Assembly (NCBI GenBank): GCA_031267725.1
Contig: JAIRYO010000039.1
Span: 1-46,042 of the forward strand
Length of the DNA: 46,042 nt
Source of the DNA: Holosporales bacterium
GTDB taxonomy: Bacteria; Pseudomonadota; Alphaproteobacteria; RUG11792
Reading direction: 5' to 3'
In this document: piece after piece, positions 25,704-33,628 of the stretch
How positions within the stretch are numbered: position 1 is the stretch's first letter
Layout: every line of letters begins with the position of its first letter
Notes under the pieces: model-generated
The model's database searches: none
What the model saw: only the letters and a program-made list of their open reading frames with translations
Told to the model about the DNA's origin: nothing
Made by a program: the position numbers and the translations under genes

Positions 25704-26738
25704 CTCTATGAATAACCATGACTCCCGCATGGCCCAGCCTGAATAGAGAGGCTGTATTGTAATCTTCCGATGAGGATATATAAGCAATCTATGAATATTG
25801 CTTAGAGGGGTTGGTAATATATGTAAGAAGTGAAGAGATTGCTTATATACATCTTATCTAAAGCATCGTAAAAAAATACAAAAATAATTGGGGCATGGTT
25901 TACTGCCTATTCAGGTTAGGTCATGCGGGAGTCATGTTGTGTTTGAGGCCAGCCGGATGGTTCAAGCTTTTAAGCGATTGTTCCATAACCATGAATCCGG
26001 CAGCTCAGCCTGAATAGGTAGTAACCCTTGCCCCCCCCTATAGCAACAAAACTCTTCTGATGATTCTCATTCTTTGTTTGTACTTAAGTCTAGCAAGGTA
26101 GTGTTTTCCTGTCCTAAACAGGCTGAAACAAGTCCCCAATGATTTTTGTATTTTTTTACAATGCTTTAAACGGGACATATAGCACTCTCTTCACCCTTTC
26201 CTATTAAAACCTTGAACCACTCGGCCGGCATCAAACATAACCTGAATTCGGCGGCCCAGTCTGGATAGACCGTAAACTATGCTTAAATGATTTTTGTATT
26301 TTTTTTATAATGCTTTAGACAGGATATATAAAGCAATCTTTTCACCTTTATATAATAGATTACCAACCCCTCTAAGTAATATTCAGAGATTGCTATATAT
26401 CATGCTTAAAGCATTATAAAAAGAAATACAAAAATCATTGGGGCATGGTTTACGATCTATTCAGACTGGGCCATGCAGGGTTCAGGTTATGTTTGAGTCC
26501 GGCTGAGTGGTTCTAAAGTTTTTAGGCATTCGTTGAACATTTATGCTTTAGGCCAGCCGGATGGTTCAAGCTTTTAAGCGATTGTTCCAGATGAGACATC
26601 TACGTTTGATGCTATCAGTGGCTCAATCTTAAATTGCTATGTATACCCCACCATTTAAGTATGGTTTACTCCCTGTTCAGGCTGGGCCATGCAGGAGTCA
26701 GAGTTATTGGATGAAAAGTAACTTCACACCTTTTGTTA
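25704..26738. repeat. ~1-kb repeat-only region: several juxtaposed or nested copies of the composite repeat (central modules at 25775-25850 and 26324-26400)
   Basis: Multiple CTGAATAG..GTAAACCATGC / GCATGGTTTAC..CTATTCAG units, half GTTCCA modules (GATTGTTCCATAACC, GATTGTTCCAGATGAG) and AAGCTTTTAAGCGATTG duplicated at ~25966 and ~26568. No ORF of convincing length. Confidence 0.9.
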
Positions 26739-26930
26739 TAGCTAAGTAATGAGGGAACTGAGGAAACAATAATGGAAGCTATTGTCTTTTAGACTATTTG
26801 TAAAAACCAGCCATTGTTCTTTTCTCAGCCGGTCATTGAATTAAATCTATAACAAAAAAATTTTAACAAGAATAAGTTTTACTTTTTTGTGTACAATACT
26901 ATTTCAGTGTAACTCAGGTCTATTTTAATC

Positions 26931-27806
26931 ATGTTTGCAAACGGTTGGTTTTTTAGGGAAGGTAAGAAGCAAGGAATTTTCTGGGCAATAATGATATATC
27001 TTGTTGGGGCAATAAATGACGTTTTAATGAAATTTCTTGGAGATAGATTGCACACAATCGAAATCGTATTTTTCAGATTTCTTTTTTCGGGAATCGCCGT
27101 TCTAATTCCGATGTTTTATTCTAAAACCAATCTTTTTAAATCTGCAATTCATTCTTGGCATTTTTTAAGGGGGGCTTTAGGTGCTATCTCTTTAACTTTC
27201 TGCTGCTTCAGCGTTAATACGATGCCACTCGCTGAAAATACTATTATCCTCTTTTCGGAGACGCTTTTCATGCTTCCTTTGGCCATAATATTTCTTAAAG
27301 AGAAGATAGGAGGTAAAGTGTTCCTTGCGACAGCAATTGGATTTTTAGGACTTATCGTTATGTTTAAGCCAAATGCCGACAATATAAACATAATAGCAAT
27401 TATTCCAACCTTGGCTGCCGCTATTTTTGCTGTCATGAATATTATGATAAAAAAAATGGTTGATAGTAAAGAACATACATTAACGATGCTTTTCTATTTT
27501 GGGCTATATACAACGATATTATCTGGATTTGTTGTTCCATTTTATTGGACAACTCCGAATTTATCGGAACTTGTTTTGATATTACTTCTCGGAGTCGGCG
27601 CAAACCTTATTCAATTTTTTATTTTTTTGGCATACAAAGCAACAACAGCCTCAAATGTGAATCCAGTAAGGTATGTCGAATTACCCTTCGCTATTCTATT
27701 TGGTTTTATATTCTTTGGACAAGTTCCGGAAACAACAGCTCTCTTCGGATCATTTTTGATAATCTTTGGCACGCTACTTCTTTCCGGTTCTACTAAGCCT
27801 AAATGA
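26931..27806 (+). CDS. DMT-superfamily (EamA-type) transporter
   Basis: 291 aa and 10 predicted TM segments in two EamA-like halves. The substrate cannot be inferred from sequence alone. Confidence 0.85.
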   Translation: MFANGWFFREGKKQGIFWAIMIYLVGAINDVLMKFLGDRLHTIEIVFFRFLFSGIAVLIPMFYSKTNLFKSAIHSWHFLRGALGAISLTFCCFSVNTMPLAENTIILFSETLFMLPLAIIFLKEKIGGKVFLATAIGFLGLIVMFKPNADNINIIAIIPTLAAAIFAVMNIMIKKMVDSKEHTLTMLFYFGLYTTILSGFVVPFYWTTPNLSELVLILLLGVGANLIQFFIFLAYKATTASNVNPVRYVELPFAILFGFIFFGQVPETTALFGSFLIIFGTLLLSGSTKPK

Positions 27807-27904
27807 ATATCTCTTGAGTATAGATGGCAGTGGTCTTTAATTCTCCCATATTATCTGATGCTTTGTTTACGAAAGGGGGAGGCCAAACTCTCCCGCTAAG
27901 TAGC

Positions 27905-28020
27905 TAAAGCTTTTAAGCGATTGTTTCACGTGGAACATTTTATGTTGGAGGCTGGCTTACTCAACTATAACAACAAACATAGCCATGAATCCTGCATATC
28001 CAGGTCTGAATTGGGGCAGC
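27905..28020. repeat. Fragment of the composite repeat with a degenerate palindrome core (GTTTCACGTGGAAC, 27923-27936)
   Basis: AAAGCTTTTAAGCGATTGTTTCACGTGGAACATTTTATGTTGGAGGCTGG...CATGAATCCTGCATATCCAGGTCTGAATTGGGGCAGC. Confidence 0.75.
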
Positions 28021-28170
28021 TTCAAAGAACTCCTTTTATAGTAGGATTGCTAATTGGAAATCCCTTATATCATATGTTTAAGTAATTGCGGAAATCCCAA
28101 ATAGCATATTCGATAAAATCATTTAATTGCTTTCAATCTCGCGTTAAACTTAATTATCAGATTTTTAAAA

Positions 28171-29373
28171 ATGAAAATAATGAAATGGTTAAAAATTAAT
28201 AATTCAAAAAAATGTAGTATGATGAAGTCCTTTATTTGTAGGGCGATTGATAAAAAAGGGCAAATTGTTGAGAAGTGCTTTTTTATGAATTCGGATACGG
28301 ATCCTTTTTTGATTTTAAAAAATTTAGATCTAACACTTATATCCACAAGAGCCAATAGATTAAATACAAAAAATCCGATTACTGAATTTACAATTCCCTT
28401 TTTGAAAAACGTTAAGCAATTGATCAAAAACAAGCTTGATTTGATAACTGCCCTAACGATAGTTGCTCAGTTATTTAAGAACAAAGAATTCAGATCGCTA
28501 ATTTATCATATAATCGATGACATAAAATCCGGAAGCTCGTTTTCTAAATCTTTATCAAAATTTGAAAGATATTTCGATATGTTAACGGTAAAAACGTTGG
28601 AAATTTCCGAAAAAACCGCGGAGTTACCTGAATCGCTTTCAAGAATAATAAGCCACATTGAATCTGAATCTGAATTAAGAAATAAGTTAAAAAAAGCTTT
28701 TCGATATCCGATAATTTTGTTATTTGGAGTTGTGTTGGTTTTTCTATTTTGGCTTATAGTTGTAGTTCCTCAATTTGCCGAATTATTTTCGGAAATAGGA
28801 GTTACTCCTCCTCTGATTTCTCGAATCATCATAAAATTAAGTTGTGCTTTTAAGACTAATTTATTTTACATGGTTGCTATATCTGGAATGTTAGCCTTTA
28901 TTTTTTTTAAAAAGCTTTTTTGGCAAAAAGGAAAAATATCTTCGAATTTGCCAATCATATCAAAAATAAATAGAGACAGATTGGTCTTAAACTTTTTTTC
29001 AGCAATGGAAATCATGCTTCAAGAAAAGATAACCCTCATTGAATGTATAGAATGCTTACGGATTCCACATTTGAAAACTGATAAGATAATAGGTTATATC
29101 AATTTAGGAAATAGCTTCTCATCAGCACTTAGGAAAATTGGATTTCTAAGCGATTATGAGTTGGCGATAATAGAGACAGGGGAAAGGACCGGAGAACTAT
29201 GTTTAGCATTCAAATCTATAACTGGTATAAAAAGGGAAAAACTTGAAAGTAGATTTAAAGAGATAATCACTATGATACAACCAATAACAATCGGCCTCAT
29301 CGGGATCTTGCTAATTATAATCGTTTATTCTTTGATTATTCCACTGTATTCTAACCTAAATCTCTATTTTTGA
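28171..29373 (+). CDS. GspF/PilC-family inner-membrane platform protein (type II secretion / type IV pilus), orphan
   Basis: Two T2SSF-like repeats (IDDIKSGSSFSKSLSKFERYFDMLTVKTLEISEKTAELPESL and YINLGNSFSSALRKIGFLSDYELAIIETGERTGELCLAF), each followed by TM segments. The likely start is at MMKSFICRAIDKKGQIV (28219/28222). No GspE/PilB, pilin or secretin gene is nearby. Confidence 0.8.
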   Translation: MKIMKWLKINNSKKCSMMKSFICRAIDKKGQIVEKCFFMNSDTDPFLILKNLDLTLISTRANRLNTKNPITEFTIPFLKNVKQLIKNKLDLITALTIVAQLFKNKEFRSLIYHIIDDIKSGSSFSKSLSKFERYFDMLTVKTLEISEKTAELPESLSRIISHIESESELRNKLKKAFRYPIILLFGVVLVFLFWLIVVVPQFAELFSEIGVTPPLISRIIIKLSCAFKTNLFYMVAISGMLAFIFFKKLFWQKGKISSNLPIISKINRDRLVLNFFSAMEIMLQEKITLIECIECLRIPHLKTDKIIGYINLGNSFSSALRKIGFLSDYELAIIETGERTGELCLAFKSITGIKREKLESRFKEIITMIQPITIGLIGILLIIIVYSLIIPLYSNLNLYF

Positions 29374-30313
29374 CGTGATATGCACTAGTTCCAAAAACTA
29401 TGTAACAAATCGAATCGAGAATGCATTTAGTCCAATTCGCCTTTTCAATACGCTCTATTGATACTATAGTTTCCACTATAGGATTTTTGAATAAGTCGGT
29501 GAAATAAAATACGAATCCCAGTTCGGTACCGATCTCAAATGGAGCACGGATCACCGTTCTATATCTAATGACCTTTGTTACTTGATTAGAGTGCTTTTTT
29601 GATAACAAAATTGAGCGATTAGAAAGATTCTTAAATAGCACACTTTCTTTAACTCCATACAGCACTGGAATCTTTGTAACAGCTTTTTCATCACTGCTTA
29701 TGCGTGAAACAAAAAATTGATCCAGCCATTGTATAACGCTTTTAATATCTCTTACTGCCTGCTCTTTGGAGGAGAACTCGTATAACACCACGGTAAATTC
29801 GCAAGAATTGGTATTTTTATAATTGAACATGCATCCCATCGTAGATGAAGATGATTCAAAAAAGCAGATGTCAGCCCCATTTATATTTTGAAAAAAAGTA
29901 CCATATCCTCTTTGAGGCTCTTCTAGAAGGTCCGCAAAAATGCAACATATATCATATAGTGCCGTTTTGTTTTTTTTTAAAATAAGCTCCATATTTTTGG
30001 CAAACTCAAAATCCTCTACTTTTTCGGATTGCGGGTTTCTTATAGTGAGTTGTTTGTTTTCGTATTTATAAATTTTTGACGAAGTTATATTTTTATCTAT
30101 TTTTTTAAACGAGTTCTTTTCATGGACAACGATATTGCAGTCCTTGTTAACGATTACAAATCGTTTGGCTTTTAATTTTGGGAAAGACCGAATTAGTTTT
30201 TCAGAAATCGGTAATTGGGAAACCTGAAATGCCGAAGAGGGAATAATAAAAAAAAAGAGAAAGGGTAAAAGTAATAACTTATTCACTTTCCGAATGTATT
30301 GTCTCTTTAACAA
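29351..30313 (-). CDS. Degenerate PBP5/DacA-like (D,D-carboxypeptidase-like) secreted protein, catalytic motifs not recognisable
   Basis: 320 aa with a signal peptide. AKRFVIVNKDCNIVVHEKNSFKKID resembles the PBP5 N-terminus [25 protein letters not shown]. ...AVRDIKSVIQWLDQFF and ...IPVLYGVKESV...IRAPFEIGTELGFV...IEKAN resemble the end of the transpeptidase fold and the PBP5 C-terminal beta domain. SxxK is ambiguous (ITSSK), SxN is absent and KTG is replaced by ESS. Confidence 0.45.
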   Translation of the reverse strand: MLKRQYIRKVNKLLLLPFLFFFIIPSSAFQVSQLPISEKLIRSFPKLKAKRFVIVNKDCNIVVHEKNSFKKIDKNITSSKIYKYENKQLTIRNPQSEKVEDFEFAKNMELILKKNKTALYDICCIFADLLEEPQRGYGTFFQNINGADICFFESSSSTMGCMFNYKNTNSCEFTVVLYEFSSKEQAVRDIKSVIQWLDQFFVSRISSDEKAVTKIPVLYGVKESVLFKNLSNRSILLSKKHSNQVTKVIRYRTVIRAPFEIGTELGFVFYFTDLFKNPIVETIVSIERIEKANWTKCILDSICYIVFGTSAYHVKNRDLG

Positions 30314-31526
30314 AAACTGACAATAGGTAAGCTAGCATCAGACAGACTGGAATGACTAAGAGAGCATGATTATAGCAGTCTATGTCGTAAATTCTGACGC
30401 CAGATTCTTTAACTTTTCCATTCCAAAAAAAGTCTAACAGCACGCCTAAAAGTGGCTGGAATATCGCTCCAACAAGCATGATTATACAATTCGTCAAAGC
30501 GAGGGCAGTTCCAGAAAATTCTGAAGTCACGCTGTTTTTTGCGCAAGTAAAGCTGATTGTCTGAGCTCCGGTTAAAAATCCTATAAGAAATACAATTCCA
30601 AAAGCCACGTAAACGTTACATTGCACAAACAACAACAAGACAAAAAGTAAGCTTGTAAAAATTGTAGAAATCTGCATAGTTTTCACGTAGCTTCTAATTC
30701 TTCTTGCAAAAATGGCAAGGAGGATACTTCCAATTGCTACCCCAATAAAAACCATCGCAGATGCCAATGAAGCTTGTTCGTTGTTTATTCCGTATCGAGA
30801 CATAAAAAACGGAACAGCCCATAATTCGGAAAAGGCGCTAATTGGAAGATACATAAAGCTTCCAACAACTCCGGGTAATATTACCTGCGAATTTTTTAAA
30901 AGCTTTAAAATAGCATTAAGAACAGATCTAAAACTTTTTTCCGTTCGCTTTTTTTTTATATCCTTAGGTATAAAGAAAAAGATAAGAAGAGTTATTAAAA
31001 CCCCAATTCCCGCAAGCCAATATGTCGTCTTTTGCCAACCGATGATATTAACCGCCTTCGCGACCGGAGGGCCTCCAAACAATCCTCCAAGCGTTCCCAT
31101 CATATTTGTTACTCCCGCCAAAATAACGAAATATTTTTTGGGAAATAAACTTGAAGCGACCTGGAGACAGCTAATGAAAGCGCAAGCAGACCCAGCACCA
31201 ACTAAAAATCTTCCAATTTGCGCAACATATATTCTATCGAATCCGGCAAAAAGTACCGAACCAAAAACGCAAAGCAAAGCCGATAGCCCCATTAAGTTTC
31301 GAGCCCCTATTCTGTCAAGGATAACTCCACAGGGCAGTTGTAAAATTGTATAGGCGTAATAATAGAATGAAATTAAAACTCCAAGCATTGTTGAAGTTGC
31401 ACCGAAAGTTGTCATCAAATCGTTAACCATAACGCTCGGAGAGACTCTCAGCATTAATTCGTACAGATAAAAAACCGTAGCGATTCCGAAAATCAGCAAC
31501 GACCTATACTTAATCTTGGACTTCAT
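30279..31526 (-). CDS. MFS transporter (paralogue of 44336-45607)
   Basis: 415 aa and 12 TM segments. The N-terminal block RVSPSVMVNDLMTTFGATSTMLGVLISFYYYAYTILQLPCGVILDRIGAR parallels RVEPSVLSNQLIKEFNLTSSVFGFVISLSYLPYVMMQIPCGIITDKIGTK of the other copy. Confidence 0.85.
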   Translation of the reverse strand: MKSKIKYRSLLIFGIATVFYLYELMLRVSPSVMVNDLMTTFGATSTMLGVLISFYYYAYTILQLPCGVILDRIGARNLMGLSALLCVFGSVLFAGFDRIYVAQIGRFLVGAGSACAFISCLQVASSLFPKKYFVILAGVTNMMGTLGGLFGGPPVAKAVNIIGWQKTTYWLAGIGVLITLLIFFFIPKDIKKKRTEKSFRSVLNAILKLLKNSQVILPGVVGSFMYLPISAFSELWAVPFFMSRYGINNEQASLASAMVFIGVAIGSILLAIFARRIRSYVKTMQISTIFTSLLFVLLLFVQCNVYVAFGIVFLIGFLTGAQTISFTCAKNSVTSEFSGTALALTNCIIMLVGAIFQPLLGVLLDFFWNGKVKESGVRIYDIDCYNHALLVIPVCLMLAYLLSVFVKETIHSESE

Positions 31527-32103
31527 AATTTATAAAATTATCCAAACCTGGTAGGATTGTAGCATATGAAATTTAAATAGATCAACTTAGATTTAGAATA
31601 TCTTTAAATCCCGCAAGGGCTTTTAATTCTCCAATATTATTTTAATAGCTTGTTTATGAAAGCGTGAGTACCAAGCTCTCATTTCAGTGATAGATTATCC
31701 ATTTGGATACAAGGAGCACGGCTAGACTCTCATTAGAGAAACCATTATTTTAGTTTAAGGACTAATTGACGCTTACTCAGTTACGGCAAAAGGTATAACT
31801 AGGAATCCTAGATGGCTATTAATAATTGTTCCACGTGGAACAATTGTTACCGGAATGCTTTAATGCTTTATCTTATCTATGATGTGGGAAAGAAGATGAA
31901 AGAACAACGCACACATTATAACGAGCAGTGAGGCTAATATTGTACTATAACAGAATCATAAGCTGCAAGAATTAAATCGGGTTTAAAAAAAATTGTTCGA
32001 GATTAGATATGAAATCTGCATTTTTGACCAATTTGTATCATCTATTTGCTTTCCATTTTGTACACTAAATTTGTGACCTTTTAGTTCGATTTCAATACGT
32101 AGT

Positions 32104-33573
32104 ATGTTTTTCAACTTAAAAAATCTAAGACAGTATTTTTTTGTTATATGCATACTAATCGTTAGCTCCATTATAAACAAAGGAAAGGCGATGCAGAACG
32201 ACGAGGATTCCTTAGGGAGTGCATGCGTTCGTCTTTTGGCAATTAGCGAAATGGGCGCGTTATACCCTAAAGAAGTTTGGCCATTGCCACAACTACAAAT
32301 TCAACAAGTATCATCCGATAAGAAGCCTTCCAATAAAAATGAACAGAATTTGAAGTTTATTAGATTCAAGTTGGAGTATGGGGCGCGATTGGAAGAAATA
32401 ATCAGGCAAAATAATAACAAAGACCCCCGTGAAAACATGTATGAGTATCTCTTTTTTAGTCTTCCAAACAGTGCTTCCTTGTTAAAAGAGAAAGTTAAAA
32501 CTCCTTTTGATAAAATTATCAAAGGTATTCAAGAAATTCTAAAATTCGGAGTAAAGAGATATGAAAAAGATGACAAAACACCTAGTATGGTGCGCCGTGG
32601 AGAGAAACTTAAAAATACCATCTTAAAAAATCCCAATCTAAAATCGCAAATAGGGAAGCGGTTACCGGTGATATTAGAAAAGGAAATACGATTCTTGAAA
32701 CTAATTTTTAAATATTCTTCTTTTTTATTTGAGGCTCACGATTTTGGAAAATCAATTTTTGAAATTGTAAAAAAATCGATAAATCTTTTTGACATTAATA
32801 AAACGAATGAATGTTTACAGGAGATTAAAAATCAGTTTCTTCAAGTTGAAGGAAGGTTAATTTCGGAGTACGAACGTATAAAAGGAGAAGATCAAGTATT
32901 TGCGCTTCTCGAAAATTCCTGTTTCCTCTCTTATTCACCTTCTCCCTCTTTAATTCCTCATTTTTTGTGTCTTTTTAGAGAAGCTGAGACAAATGCGCAT
33001 TATTTGGTATATTTTTTATCAAAATTTTTTGGGGCATTATATAATCCCTTCGAACGAATAGAGTTTTTTGATTTAAGTTATAATTTAGCTGATTATGTAA
33101 AAAGCTGTTTTATACAATCGGAGCTTATGATGACCCTCGAACAACGTAAAGAATTATTTGCAAATTTAGTTAAGGAAAAATTAAAAAAATCAGACGTCAA
33201 GATTTTTTCTCCAATTTCTGATTTTTCAGAAGAGGATGAGCCTAATGAGGGACAAGCGGCTCTTTCCAATGAAGCTTTTTTTCCATCTTCTGATCTAAAA
33301 AAAGAACCTTTCCCTTCCTATAATGAAAGACAAGAGGATTTTTCCAATGAAGCTTTTCCTACTGATGTAAAAGAGGAATATAATGAAACTCCTTCGCCCT
33401 TTTCCGGCATAAAAAAACCGCTAGAAGAAATTCTTTTCTCACCTCCCGATATTAAAGAGTCTCCTTTTCCGGAAGATATTTTGCAGAATCCTAGTTCAAA
33501 TCAGAATCCACCTTCGCGCTTTGCTTCAATGAGCAAGAATGAGTTTCTCTCCTATCTATCCAATGAAACTTAA
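32104..33573 (+). CDS. Hypothetical protein with an acidic, Pro/Phe/Ser-rich C-terminal tail
   Basis: 489-aa ORF with an N-terminal hydrophobic segment (YFFVICILIVSSII) if the ATG at 32104 is used. An alternative ATG at 32191 is preceded by AAAGGAAAGG. The last ~120 aa are rich in E/P/F/S with recurring (E/D)xFP / PFP motifs. No family recognised. Confidence 0.6.
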   Translation: MFFNLKNLRQYFFVICILIVSSIINKGKAMQNDEDSLGSACVRLLAISEMGALYPKEVWPLPQLQIQQVSSDKKPSNKNEQNLKFIRFKLEYGARLEEIIRQNNNKDPRENMYEYLFFSLPNSASLLKEKVKTPFDKIIKGIQEILKFGVKRYEKDDKTPSMVRRGEKLKNTILKNPNLKSQIGKRLPVILEKEIRFLKLIFKYSSFLFEAHDFGKSIFEIVKKSINLFDINKTNECLQEIKNQFLQVEGRLISEYERIKGEDQVFALLENSCFLSYSPSPSLIPHFLCLFREAETNAHYLVYFLSKFFGALYNPFERIEFFDLSYNLADYVKSCFIQSELMMTLEQRKELFANLVKEKLKKSDVKIFSPISDFSEEDEPNEGQAALSNEAFFPSSDLKKEPFPSYNERQEDFSNEAFPTDVKEEYNETPSPFSGIKKPLEEILFSPPDIKESPFPEDILQNPSSNQNPPSRFASMSKNEFLSYLSNET

Positions 33574-33628
33574 AAACGATAGAGGATGACAGGAACATAC
33601 ATAATAAGGCTTATGTCTATTTGTCCTT

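Noticed and set aside
25704-26738. Possible CRISPR array in the 1-kb repeat-only tract.
   Set aside because: There is no constant-length direct repeat alternating with unique spacers. The units are inverted relative to each other, are modular, and are shared with a dozen other loci. No cas genes are in the window.
30712-31353. Long antisense ORFs inside confident genes. Examples are this 213-aa ORF, 8437-8844, 15635-16030, 2607-2945, 40715-41134 and 44850-45146.
   Set aside because: They are shadow ORFs opposite genes with clear family motifs. Their products are low-complexity or have no recognisable features.
31527-32103. A 577-bp ORF-free spacer inspected for an ncRNA gene (tmRNA, RNase P RNA, SRP RNA, 6S) or a decayed pseudogene.
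   Set aside because: I could not find the conserved motifs of these RNAs, and stop codons occur in all six frames. Only the 26-mer and one isolated GTTCCACGTGGAAC are notable. A covariance-model scan (Rfam/Infernal) would be the decisive test.
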